Source of the DNA: an uncultured virus (IMG/VR IMGVR_UViG_3300031707_000002)
Taxonomy: Duplodnaviria; Heunggongvirae; Uroviricota; Caudoviricetes
Direction: 5' to 3' (one strand)
DNA: 64,000 nucleotides
Virus record (IMG/VR): IMGVR_UViG_3300031707_000002
The position numbers and the translations under genes were made by a program. Below are positions 8,852-16,347 of the stretch, in pieces. Within the stretch, counting starts at the first letter, position 1. Each line of letters starts with the position of its first letter. The notes under the pieces are model-generated. The model was not told the origin of the DNA. It saw only the letters and a program-made list of their open reading frames with translations, and made no database searches.

Positions 8852-9133
8852 CTACTCAATCGGCTTCATCAGAGAGGCACAATCCACATCAACATCAACC
8901 ATCGTCTTTGCATTGGACTCTTTGATTGCATTCTCAATCGTAAAGAGAGCGTTCTGAAGATCCGTTGTCAGCCTGTCTACCTTCTTAACATCATAGGTAG
9001 GCTCAATAATTTTCTTGTCATCCCCGTAATAAGATGTACGGGAAGTCAAAGAACCCTTCATGTTGACCAACTCAGACAACCGGCCACGAAGCTGCTTCTC
9101 CCGCACAAGCCACGAATTAACAGACGCTACCAT
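8852..9133 (-). CDS. DIP1984/DUF6847-like coiled-coil protein
   Basis: Family-like layout: N-terminal 'LVREKQLRGRLSEL', central 'EPTYDV', C-terminal 'IENAIKESNAKTMV'. GAGGAGG SD. Confidence 0.6.
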   Translation of the reverse strand: MVASVNSWLVREKQLRGRLSELVNMKGSLTSRTSYYGDDKKIIEPTYDVKKVDRLTTDLQNALFTIENAIKESNAKTMVDVDVDCASLMKPIE

Positions 9134-9166
9134 AGCCCCTCCTCAGTGTAGGTGATAATCCTTGTA

Positions 9167-9679
9167 TTAGAACTGGTCAAGATCAAACCGCTCAAAAGAC
9201 TTCATCCCCTTGATCTTCTTAACAAGAGCAATACTGACCTTATTATACCAATCAATATCCTTCTGCCTTTTGGCAAAAAGTTTTCTCCTCTTATCATAAT
9301 ACAACCTCTTCCTCTGCATTGCATCCACATCAAGGGCATCAATCACTTTCCTACCAGAAATAAGTCTCTCCCGTACAGCTTGCCGCCACTTAATCAGATC
9401 ATCAGAAGAGTTTTCCTCTACAGCCTTCTGCTTTTTCAAAAACTCCGTTGCTTCCTGAATATCTGACAAACACCCAAAAGAGACGTACTTGTACCTTTTC
9501 AGAAAATCCTTGGTCTGCTCTGGTGTCTCCAACCCAAGACGTTTCCCCTGAGCAAACAACTCACAAAAAACAACTGCCTTATCCTTCTTTGTAGCAACAA
9601 AATCATCAGCTATACGCTTTGCACTGTTGTCAATCTTCTTATCCAGGATCTTATCTGGAATATTAACCAACTTCTTCAT
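9167..9679 (-). CDS. hypothetical basic protein
   Basis: About 170 aa; start placed at MKKLV. Confidence 0.6.
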   Translation of the reverse strand: MKKLVNIPDKILDKKIDNSAKRIADDFVATKKDKAVVFCELFAQGKRLGLETPEQTKDFLKRYKYVSFGCLSDIQEATEFLKKQKAVEENSSDDLIKWRQAVRERLISGRKVIDALDVDAMQRKRLYYDKRRKLFAKRQKDIDWYNKVSIALVKKIKGMKSFERFDLDQF

Positions 9680-9693
9680 ACAAAACCCTTTCA

Positions 9694-9727
9694 AGAAAAT
9701 AGAAGGTGTTACTTGAATAACACCCTC
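9694..9727 (-). terminator. intrinsic terminator after the SPFH gene
   Basis: GAGGGTGTTA-TTCAAG-TAACACCTTC followed by TATTTTCTT. Confidence 0.65.
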
Positions 9728-9746
9728 ATGTTATCTGTTAATCACA

Positions 9747-10964
9747 CTACTTCTTACCGGGAACACTCAAATCCAAAGACAGATCACGCGCCGCCTTCGC
9801 AGTCATAATCTCCATGAAGTTCGTAGCACCATTTCCACCACCAACCGACCCACCCATCACCGTAGTCGGAACAATCTGACCTGAATATTTTGAAAAAGCC
9901 TCTGACCACATCTGCTGAACAGCCTTGTATGCTTCGAGCTTCTTCTCCAAAGCACCATCCGCTGACATAATCAACTTACGCTTTTCAGCTTCACCCTCTC
10001 CCTCCAAAATGAGCTTCTTCTTTGTAAACTCCGCTGCATCCCGCATCAAAGAAGCAACAGCCTTTTCCTTCTCAGCATCAGTTACCGCTGCTTGTTTCTC
10101 CTGCTCCTTCTGATACTTCACCTTCATCACAGCAGCAAGACCTTCAGCTTCCGCAGTCAACTTATCCTGATTCGCACGGATAGCGTTCTGCTTCGCTACC
10201 TCCGTCTGCAATGTCTGATCCCTCTGCTTCTTAATCATATCATCCACTGCATTATCAAACTTCGGTACGTCAATCTGACACTGCGTTACTCGACACCCCA
10301 ACTGCTCCAAAACTGTAGGATTTCTTAGTGGTTTATTCGTACTGTCAAGCACAATCTCAGTCATTCGTACACGCTCGGAATCACCTACAGCCCTATGAAT
10401 CCACTTATCAACAGAACGTGTCTGATAAGTACCATACATCAACTGATCCTCAATCTCACTCTGCAAAACAGCAAGAGTAGTATAAGCCTCTCGTGCTGAA
10501 TGAAGATTCGCTGAAAGTTTAATTGCATTCGCACCTACAGGCACAATGCCGTTACTCACAAGATGCTCAAACCCTCCGGCAAACTGACTTTTAATTGCCT
10601 TCATCTGTTCAGAATTTGACGGAAGAGAAACACGAAGTTGAGCACGGATCAAAGCACGAGTACCATCATTGAAAATAACAGGAACTTCATCAGCCTCAAA
10701 ACTCTTGTGTCCCGGTGCCTGTCCAAAAACTACTGTCACTACCTGACGGTACACATCCACATGACCAAGAAATTTCCCATACGGCCCTGCCGTTGTCTTT
10801 ACATGAAGCGCACCACCAAGATCCTGCACAATCACAAACTCACCGGCCTTATTGAACCCCACAATGTTAAGAGCAACAACCAAAGCAATCAACAAAGCAC
10901 CACCAAGACCAATAAGAGACAAAATGGACTTGAGAGGCACAACAGACGGATCATTCTTTGGCAT
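9747..10964 (-). CDS. SPFH / band-7 (prohibitin-like) membrane protein
   Basis: N-terminal TM helix, 'VIFNDG', AEAE/EKEK coiled coil, 'EGEGEAEKRKLIMSADGALEKKL', C-terminal 'VPTTVMGG'. Confidence 0.8.
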   Translation of the reverse strand: MPKNDPSVVPLKSILSLIGLGGALLIALVVALNIVGFNKAGEFVIVQDLGGALHVKTTAGPYGKFLGHVDVYRQVVTVVFGQAPGHKSFEADEVPVIFNDGTRALIRAQLRVSLPSNSEQMKAIKSQFAGGFEHLVSNGIVPVGANAIKLSANLHSAREAYTTLAVLQSEIEDQLMYGTYQTRSVDKWIHRAVGDSERVRMTEIVLDSTNKPLRNPTVLEQLGCRVTQCQIDVPKFDNAVDDMIKKQRDQTLQTEVAKQNAIRANQDKLTAEAEGLAAVMKVKYQKEQEKQAAVTDAEKEKAVASLMRDAAEFTKKKLILEGEGEAEKRKLIMSADGALEKKLEAYKAVQQMWSEAFSKYSGQIVPTTVMGGSVGGGNGATNFMEIMTAKAARDLSLDLSVPGKK

Positions 10965-10995
10965 ACCAGAATCTCCTTAAAAAAATTGTGAAATA

Positions 10996-11214
10996 TCACT
11001 GTCTCAGAAAAGAATCAACCTTCTTAGAAGCCTTGTCTGCTTTCTTCATATCGACCTTAGAAACCGTATCTGCCAAAGAAACATCCTCCTCTATTGCAGC
11101 TTTCTTAAAAAGAACTGCAATAAAAGGAACCCTTGACAAAACCAACTTCCAAGACACAAAAAGAAAAGCAACCAAAATCAAAACAACAAGAAGAAACTCC
11201 ATCAACATACGCAT
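10996..11214 (-). CDS. small membrane protein upstream of SPFH
   Basis: 72 aa with one hydrophobic helix; AGGAGG SD. Confidence 0.7.
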   Translation of the reverse strand: MRMLMEFLLVVLILVAFLFVSWKLVLSRVPFIAVLFKKAAIEEDVSLADTVSKVDMKKADKASKKVDSFLRQ

Positions 11215-11253
11215 ACAGTCCTCCTATTTTGGATAATTCATACATCCTCCTTA

Positions 11254-11481
11254 TCAAACATCAACATCCTTGAGAACAGCAGATACCAGCTTCCTAATAC
11301 CATCTGATTTGTTATGATACACCTGCCCCCGCTTTATCTTAGACTTTACTTTCTTTTCTAAAGAAGGTTGATAATACTCATAATCATAAACACCTTCACC
11401 TTCCTCAGTTGCCCAACCCGTATTCTGTCCGGTAGCACATGCCACAAGACTACCATTAACACGAATCTCAACTGTAAACAT
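11254..11481 (-). CDS. hypothetical protein
   Basis: 75 aa, MFTVEIRVNG... Confidence 0.65.
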   Translation of the reverse strand: MFTVEIRVNGSLVACATGQNTGWATEEGEGVYDYEYYQPSLEKKVKSKIKRGQVYHNKSDGIRKLVSAVLKDVDV

Positions 11482-11493
11482 CAGACCGTTCCT

Positions 11494-11883
11494 TCATACG
11501 CCTTCTGGTTTTTTACACACTACCCTATCCCGAAAGAAAGGCTCATCACAATCCTCAAGACGAGCAAGGTTTGGTACTTCAATTTTGAACTTCTTACACA
11601 TAGGAATACGGATATTTTCATACTGATCACTAACCACAAGATCAAGAAACTCACACCCCCGGCACGTCCCATCCTCTACCTTGAAAAAAGAAAACTTCCG
11701 AGCCACATTCTTAGCGAAGTACGAACCCACGGAAGGAGCACCCAGACACTCGATAAACACGTTCTCCGGCACGTCATGGTACTCGTACAAAGAACCATTC
11801 GTAAACGCGGCATGGAGTACCTGCTTACTTGCAATGTATCCCAAAGAACTAACATTAGAAGATTTAACTGGAATCAACTTCAT
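11494..11883 (-). CDS. KTSC-domain protein with Cys-rich C-terminal extension
   Basis: PVKSSNVSSLGY...AFTNGSLYEYHDVPENVF...APSVGSYFAKNV is the KTSC signature. Confidence 0.85.
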   Translation of the reverse strand: MKLIPVKSSNVSSLGYIASKQVLHAAFTNGSLYEYHDVPENVFIECLGAPSVGSYFAKNVARKFSFFKVEDGTCRGCEFLDLVVSDQYENIRIPMCKKFKIEVPNLARLEDCDEPFFRDRVVCKKPEGV

Positions 11884-11904
11884 AATCCTACCTCCCTATA
11901 AAAC

Positions 11905-11912
11905 AATACGAA
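11905..11912 (-). promoter_or_regulatory. TTCGTATW motif (candidate phage-specific promoter)
   Basis: TTCGTATT between a terminator and an RBS; the same motif occurs at 26801-26808 and 27393-27400. Confidence 0.45.
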
Positions 11913-11920
11913 TATTTCAC

Positions 11921-11970
11921 AAAAAAGAAAAGAAAAAGTGAGGGGCAGAGGGTCATTCCCTCCACCCCTT
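11921..11970 (-). terminator. intrinsic terminator closing the ncRNA cluster
   Basis: AGGGGTGGAGGG-AATGA-CCCTCTGCCCCT followed by CACTTTTTCTTTTCTTTTTT. Confidence 0.75.
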
Positions 11971-11975
11971 TCTCA

Positions 11976-12156
11976 GCTACCCGACGATAGACTCCATGCA
12001 CGGTATCCTCGGAAAAGAGAACAGTCTACCATAATCTGCCGTTACACAGGGGCTTTTTTAGGTACAGAGCATAACGCTCCCTGTACTTTGTTAGCCCGAA
12101 GCCGTCCAAAGATGTAAAGCTCCTACGTGAACGATCTCAATATTCAATGAAGTAGC
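11976..12156 (-). ncRNA. putative structured ncRNA (element E)
   Basis: Stems GCTACTT/GGGTAGC, GGGCT/AGCCC enclosing a GTACAGGG..CTCTGTAC hairpin, and 10-bp ATGGTAGACT/AGTCTATCGT; no ORF beyond a 4-codon MLLH. Confidence 0.45.
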
Positions 12157-12179
12157 ATAAATCCTCCAAAATCAAAAAA

Positions 12180-12340
12180 GAAACAAGATAACAGGGTTCT
12201 GCACGTTTACTCCCTACATTATCGGAAGCTGGTTTGCACTTTGCAGACAAGAAAGGGTTCCCTCAAAAAGTGCTGAAAGTCATCCCGAAAGATGGCAGTC
12301 AACAATGTTCCCACCTTTGCCACACCCTATTACTTGTTTC
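12180..12340 (-). ncRNA. putative structured ncRNA (element D; rod with a purine-rich internal bubble)
   Basis: Closing stem GAAACAAGTAATAGGGT/ACCCTGTTATCTTGTTTC; inner ACATTGTTG/CGATAATGT; UUCG hairpin; GCACTTT/AAAGTGC. Confidence 0.6.
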
Positions 12341-12345
12341 TCTTG

Positions 12346-12867
12346 TTATACGATTTCAACGTACTCACTCATCAGGTTTATTGCCTCGTGATACCCGTCA
12401 CATCTTGGCAACCTCTCGTAAAACTCGTCTGCCCTATCACCAAGACCAGCCCGATTGAGAGTCTTACCCACCTTCCCGGCAAGAACAAACACATTACCAT
12501 CACCCTCAAGCAGCTTACACTCAGGCTTCAAAACCTCTACCTTCGGAGACTCCTCAGTCACTTGTTTTTGAAAATACTGAAGAGACTCGGAAGGTATCAA
12601 CTCCCGATTATTCCGAAAATAATCATCATCCCAAGAAAAACCACCCTGAAGATGCATTGGATGTATGGCGAGCTTCGGAATATCCTTGTCATCAAACTCA
12701 ACAAGAACATCACTTCGTCCACCTTCACCACCCTTTCCGGGCATAGTATTAAACTGGTGAATGATCTTCGGAGAAGTAAAACCCAACTCAACAAAACCGC
12801 CGTAAAGCCCCTTCTTGTCCTCATCCGACTCAACAAGCAGACCAATCATCACCGCTCTCGTTGACAT
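12346..12867 (-). CDS. hypothetical two-domain phage protein
   Basis: 173 aa; the C-terminal 'GDGNVFVLAGKVGKTLNRAG...DEF' module recurs in small phage proteins. Confidence 0.7.
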   Translation of the reverse strand: MSTRAVMIGLLVESDEDKKGLYGGFVELGFTSPKIIHQFNTMPGKGGEGGRSDVLVEFDDKDIPKLAIHPMHLQGGFSWDDDYFRNNRELIPSESLQYFQKQVTEESPKVEVLKPECKLLEGDGNVFVLAGKVGKTLNRAGLGDRADEFYERLPRCDGYHEAINLMSEYVEIV

Positions 12868-12895
12868 ACAACATCCTTTTCTTAAAAGTTAAAAA

Positions 12896-13056
12896 GAAAG
12901 GTTGACAACACCGCCGAGCGAAGCGAAGCCCTTGCAGGGGCCAAGGATTTATCAGTTGGAAATCTGCAACTTTCCCACTGTTTTAGCCTTGTGAAAAATT
13001 TGCTCATCACCCACATGCCATTTACGGTCAGAGGATCTGTAAGCTGTCAACCTCTC
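12896..13056 (-). ncRNA. putative structured ncRNA (element A)
   Basis: Closing stem GAGAGGTTGACAGC/GTTGTCAACCTTTC; inner CAGTGGGAAA/TTTCCAACTG and GCCC-CTGCAA-GGGC. Confidence 0.55.
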
Positions 13057-13067
13057 AAAGAACAAAA

Positions 13068-13189
13068 TGGCAGTAGACGTTAGCCTGATCGTCAACAAAA
13101 GACTTATGCTTCAGTTACATTGCTGTAACCAAGCCCTGTACTCCACAACCATCCTTCTCAAATCAAGCCTTTGCCGTTGTCTACTGCCA
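13068..13189 (-). ncRNA. putative structured ncRNA (element B)
   Basis: Perfect 11-bp closing stem TGGCAGTAGAC/GTCTACTGCCA; GGCTTGAT/ATCAGGCT; GGTTACA-GCAA-TGTAACT tetraloop hairpin. Confidence 0.6.
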
Positions 13190-13197
13190 AAAACTTC

Positions 13198-13298
13198 TGT
13201 AAAATGGTGTGGAAGGCAACCTGCCCGATACGGTTGTTGTCTAAGAACCGCCGTCGCTTGATCGCATCCCTTAGACGGAATTTCCACACCATTCTATA
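13198..13298 (-). ncRNA. putative structured ncRNA (element C; multi-way junction)
   Basis: Perfect 12-bp closing stem AATGGTGTGGAA/TTCCACACCATT; arms CCGTC/GACGG, CGGTT/AACCG and GGCA/TGCC; alternative or kissing pair GTCTAAG/CTTAGAC. Confidence 0.6.
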
Positions 13299-13318
13299 AA
13301 AGTCTTCAACAAAAATCT

Positions 13319-13510
13319 TCAACAATTCACAGAATTAGGATGGGAGTCGTAATCTTCGTAATCCTCCTCTACCTTCTCCGTTAATACCAACGGTGATGGA
13401 CGTTCACACTGTATATACGAAACTGGCACGCAACCATCACAGTTTAATGGGTCGCGTTTGTATTGATCACAAATCACAAGTACCTCCCACTTCGTCACTC
13501 CCTTAGTCAA
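13319..13510 (-). CDS. hypothetical Cys-containing protein
   Basis: 63-aa ORF; start uncertain. Confidence 0.4.
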   Translation of the reverse strand: MTKGVTKWEVLVICDQYKRDPLNCDGCVPVSYIQCERPSPLVLTEKVEEDYEDYDSHPNSVNC

Positions 13511-13667
13511 CAGAACCCTCGTTCAGGTAATACTCTATCTGTATAGCAGCTTCTTGGTTCCGTGCATGTATTGTTATGTCTGCGTAAGCGTTCCTCACAT
13601 TATACGCTTTTGACCCGTCAGACAGTAACTCTTCCTGCACCGCCCACGAAGGATTCTTCACAGTCAC
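13503..13667 (-). CDS. small hypothetical phage protein (54 aa, not in the ORF track)
   Basis: GAGG SD + GTG: MTVKNPSWAVQEELLSDGSKAYNVRNAYADITIHARNQEAAIQIEYYLNEGSVD. Confidence 0.6.
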   Translation of the reverse strand: MTVKNPSWAVQEELLSDGSKAYNVRNAYADITIHARNQEAAIQIEYYLNEGSVD

Positions 13668-13675
13668 AAACAACC

Positions 13676-13855
13676 TCACTTCCGATTGCTGGAATTGACT
13701 GCGTGATTGATAGCCGATTGCTTGTCTAAATAAGTGGCAATTAACCGATCATCCGTAGCACCACGAACCACGTACCGCCCCACCTCATAGGTCACTCTTC
13801 GAGTACCACACAAGAAAGGACGAAAGTAACTGACAGGATCAAAGGTGTTCTTCAT
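13676..13855 (-). CDS. small hypothetical protein (59 aa, not in the ORF track)
   Basis: GAGGGG SD + ATG: MKNTFDPVSYFRPFLCGTRRVTYEVGRYVVRG... Confidence 0.55.
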   Translation of the reverse strand: MKNTFDPVSYFRPFLCGTRRVTYEVGRYVVRGATDDRLIATYLDKQSAINHAVNSSNRK

Positions 13856-13997
13856 TTGGACCCCTCATGGTATCCGGCTTTGAAGTCACGGACAGCCCCG
13901 CGAACCAAAGAGACAACCACAAAAACCATTAAGACCAAAACAAGAAAAACACCCACACCAAACCTCCAATTTTTCTTCTTTCCCCTCTTACATCTCT

Positions 13998-14026
13998 AAT
14001 ATACCACAAACCAGAAGCAATGTCAA
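13998..14026 (-). promoter_or_regulatory. sigma70-type early promoter (cassette copy 3)
   Basis: TTGACA(14026-14021)-17 nt-TATATT(14003-13998), followed by AGAGATGTAAGAG as in the other copies. Confidence 0.8.
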
Positions 14027-14032
14027 GTAGAA

Positions 14033-14293
14033 TCACGAAAAATCTTTGACCAACTCCATAATGTCTCTGAGCCTTACCATCTTCCACGGCTCAGGAACAT
14101 CCCACCCCTCCGGCACTGGATCTAAGCACTGGTGCGGCTGACCTTTCTCAAACGGTCGCTTCCATCCACACTCACCACAACGCGGGTAAATCTCTCCATA
14201 GTGATTAGTCTGGTGCGAACTCACCGCCCCACACTTGAGGCACCTGTACGACTTGTAACTCATCTTCCCCGTAACTCTCTTCGCTTCTGACAT
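14033..14293 (-). CDS. zinc-ribbon hypothetical protein
   Basis: 86 aa, YRCLKCG...TNHYGEIYPRCGECG; GGGAGG SD. Confidence 0.7.
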   Translation of the reverse strand: MSEAKRVTGKMSYKSYRCLKCGAVSSHQTNHYGEIYPRCGECGWKRPFEKGQPHQCLDPVPEGWDVPEPWKMVRLRDIMELVKDFS

Positions 14294-14296
14294 CTT

Positions 14297-14435
14297 TACC
14301 TCCCTTATTTTTTCTTCTCTTTCCCGTCTCTTTCCCGTCTCTCCCCTGTCTCTCTTACACCTTTAATATACACCTTATTTGGATGCTTGTCAATAGAAAT
14401 CTTCAAAAACTTTTGAGGGTTGTAAGTGATTGATT
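14297..14435 (-). promoter_or_regulatory. promoter/leader/RBS cassette (copy 4) with IHF consensus site
   Basis: TTGACA(14393-14388)-17 nt-TATATT(14370-14365). AATCAATCACTTA (14435-14423) matches WATCAANNNNTTR. Confidence 0.85.
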
Positions 14436-14950
14436 TACATAGGCATTAGATCATCCATAGAGTCCATCTTCAACTCCACATCATCGTAATGAATCAAAAA
14501 ATATTCATTGCACCCGGCATTGATCGAACGCACCGCCAAGTCCTGGAACATCACTATATCCCCCACAACCACGTTAGGACAGTGGTACATTCGTCCCTTT
14601 GGCACCTCCACTACCTGCTGACCAAACGAGTTTCTTTTACCCCCACCTTGCGACCAGTACACAGACGGACCCCCAAGCCGGACCACCCTACCAATTCTCC
14701 ACACACGCCAACACGTAGAGGGGATAATCAACCCTACCTTTGTTTTAACTTCTTTTTGAATAGGCTCAATCATTATATATGGGCCAATAATCTTAATCAT
14801 GTCCGCTACAACCAAACTCCGGCCACATCCCAGACACTTCCGGGCTGCTCTCGCCTCGGCGTTAATTTTTTCAAAATTATCGTCTTCAATCTTGAACTCC
14901 TTCGTACCAAGGCAATACCTACAAGCATAAACATCTTCCTTCGTAACCAT
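14435..14950 (-). CDS. GroES/Cpn10-like co-chaperonin with N-terminal Cys4 extension
   Basis: IIGPYIMIEP..EVKTKVGLIIP...GRVVRLG...VVVGDIVMF...NEYFLIHYDDV. Confidence 0.75.
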   Translation of the reverse strand: MVTKEDVYACRYCLGTKEFKIEDDNFEKINAEARAARKCLGCGRSLVVADMIKIIGPYIMIEPIQKEVKTKVGLIIPSTCWRVWRIGRVVRLGGPSVYWSQGGGKRNSFGQQVVEVPKGRMYHCPNVVVGDIVMFQDLAVRSINAGCNEYFLIHYDDVELKMDSMDDLMPM

Positions 14951-15162
14951 CAGACACTCTCCTTCATATCATTGACAATAGGAGAAGACTCACATACCAC
15001 AAACTGATTTGATTGACCAGCCATAACCTCTCTCTGAAACACACCACCGTACACCGACTCCTGATCCTGAAACTCCATCACAAAAGTAGGCCGAGTTATC
15101 GAAGCCACACACTTCACAGGGCGACCGTCTAACACATAATTTTTTCCAATAAGCAAGGTCAT
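14950..15162 (-). CDS. hypothetical protein
   Basis: 70 aa, translationally coupled to its neighbours. Confidence 0.55.
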   Translation of the reverse strand: MTLLIGKNYVLDGRPVKCVASITRPTFVMEFQDQESVYGGVFQREVMAGQSNQFVVCESSPIVNDMKESV

Positions 15163-15605
15163 ACAGGCAACTCTCCTTCTGGAATCTCATCAGAGTTGAG
15201 ATATGGGTTATTTACAAAATTCAAAGCAACATCTACAATCAACATCTTCAGGATAGTACAATCATCACATATTGCAGTAAGGACATCTGCAAGCTCAGAA
15301 CTCTTCGTAGTACAAACTATATTCACAATCCAATCAGCATCGTCAGCTTCTTCCTTCACCTCTTGCTCAGAGACATCTATCCCGATGTCCCCAAAACCCT
15401 GCACCGCATCAAAAAACAATCCACCATCACGTATTCCCTTATCCACGATGTAAGCTGTGATCCCACGACCTATACAAGTAGCAACTGCCATTTCCAAATA
15501 ATTGATAGCAGATGGGTATATCTTCCCAGAACTGCCCTCGAAGATAGTATTCTCCCACATTATCTCAACACTCGCACACGACAGAATATTTAGTCCTACT
15601 GCCAT
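15159..15605 (-). CDS. hypothetical acidic protein
   Basis: 148 aa, translationally coupled. Confidence 0.6.
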   Translation of the reverse strand: MAVGLNILSCASVEIMWENTIFEGSSGKIYPSAINYLEMAVATCIGRGITAYIVDKGIRDGGLFFDAVQGFGDIGIDVSEQEVKEEADDADWIVNIVCTTKSSELADVLTAICDDCTILKMLIVDVALNFVNNPYLNSDEIPEGELPV

Positions 15606-15826
15606 CAGACACCCCTTGTTTCTGGTTCAATTCCAAACACAGTCCTTACATACTCAACACCATAATCCTTTGTAGTCTCAAACTGCATAATAAGACCACC
15701 CTTTTCCCGTATACCACCAAAGTAAACCTTCGGGTTTGAATAATTTGTCAAAAACTGGACAACATCAGTATCAAACCCTTCCCTGCTGTAAACAATAATC
15801 CTATCCACATTCACAGGAAAACTCAT
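15605..15826 (-). CDS. hypothetical protein
   Basis: Start placed at MSFPVNV (ATGA overlap, GAGGTG SD). Confidence 0.55.
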   Translation of the reverse strand: MSFPVNVDRIIVYSREGFDTDVVQFLTNYSNPKVYFGGIREKGGLIMQFETTKDYGVEYVRTVFGIEPETRGV

Positions 15827-16347
15827 CTGACCACCTCTAATCTTTGAAGACCTGCCCGAATACCCTGAGTTGTAAAGAAGCCATGCACATAACAAGCATC
15901 GGGTATCATATAGCACTCATTAAAATAATCTATAGCATGAAAAAACCAAGTAGCACTTCCCATAAACTTCTTTCTTCTCCTATCAAGCCACTCAGAAAAC
16001 ATGTTACAACAGTTGTTTACATAGAAGATAAAAATATCCCCAAACACAAAATACGGTTTGTCCTTCTTATCAAATACCGGGATAGACCTCAAATAACAAT
16101 CAGTATCAAGATATAAAAGGTCCGGTATCTCACAAGCCATTTTGAATCGTACTATATCAGATAATTCTGATACACTACACAAAGGACTTCTTAGGTCGTG
16201 CGGTTTTATGTACCTGTCTCTTTCTACGTCTGTCACAATCGAGTAGGTATGACCATTCTGATTCGCAAGCTCAATAGCCCGGCTTACACAAACATCCCTG
16301 TGCTCACGATACGTCTCATTACCCAACCTAATCAAGACAAAATGCAT
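15823..16347 (-). CDS. DxD-motif glycosyltransferase-like protein (GT32/Och1-like)
   Basis: 'SELSDIVRF...LLYLDTDCY' resembles the GT32 'SDxxRx...GxYxDxD' signature. Confidence 0.55.
   Translation of the reverse strand: MHFVLIRLGNETYREHRDVCVSRAIELANQNGHTYSIVTDVERDRYIKPHDLRSPLCSVSELSDIVRFKMACEIPDLLYLDTDCYLRSIPVFDKKDKPYFVFGDIFIFYVNNCCNMFSEWLDRRRKKFMGSATWFFHAIDYFNECYMIPDACYVHGFFTTQGIRAGLQRLEVVR

Noticed and set aside
12896..13056. Cobalamin riboswitch (GGGAA...GCCCCTGCAA resemblance)
   Set aside because: The B12 box and the conserved spacing are absent, so the resemblance is only partial.
13205..13291. tRNA call for element C (GGTGTGG...CCACACCA)
   Set aside because: It has an acceptor-like stem but no TTCRA T-loop, D-loop GG or canonical 7-nt anticodon loop.
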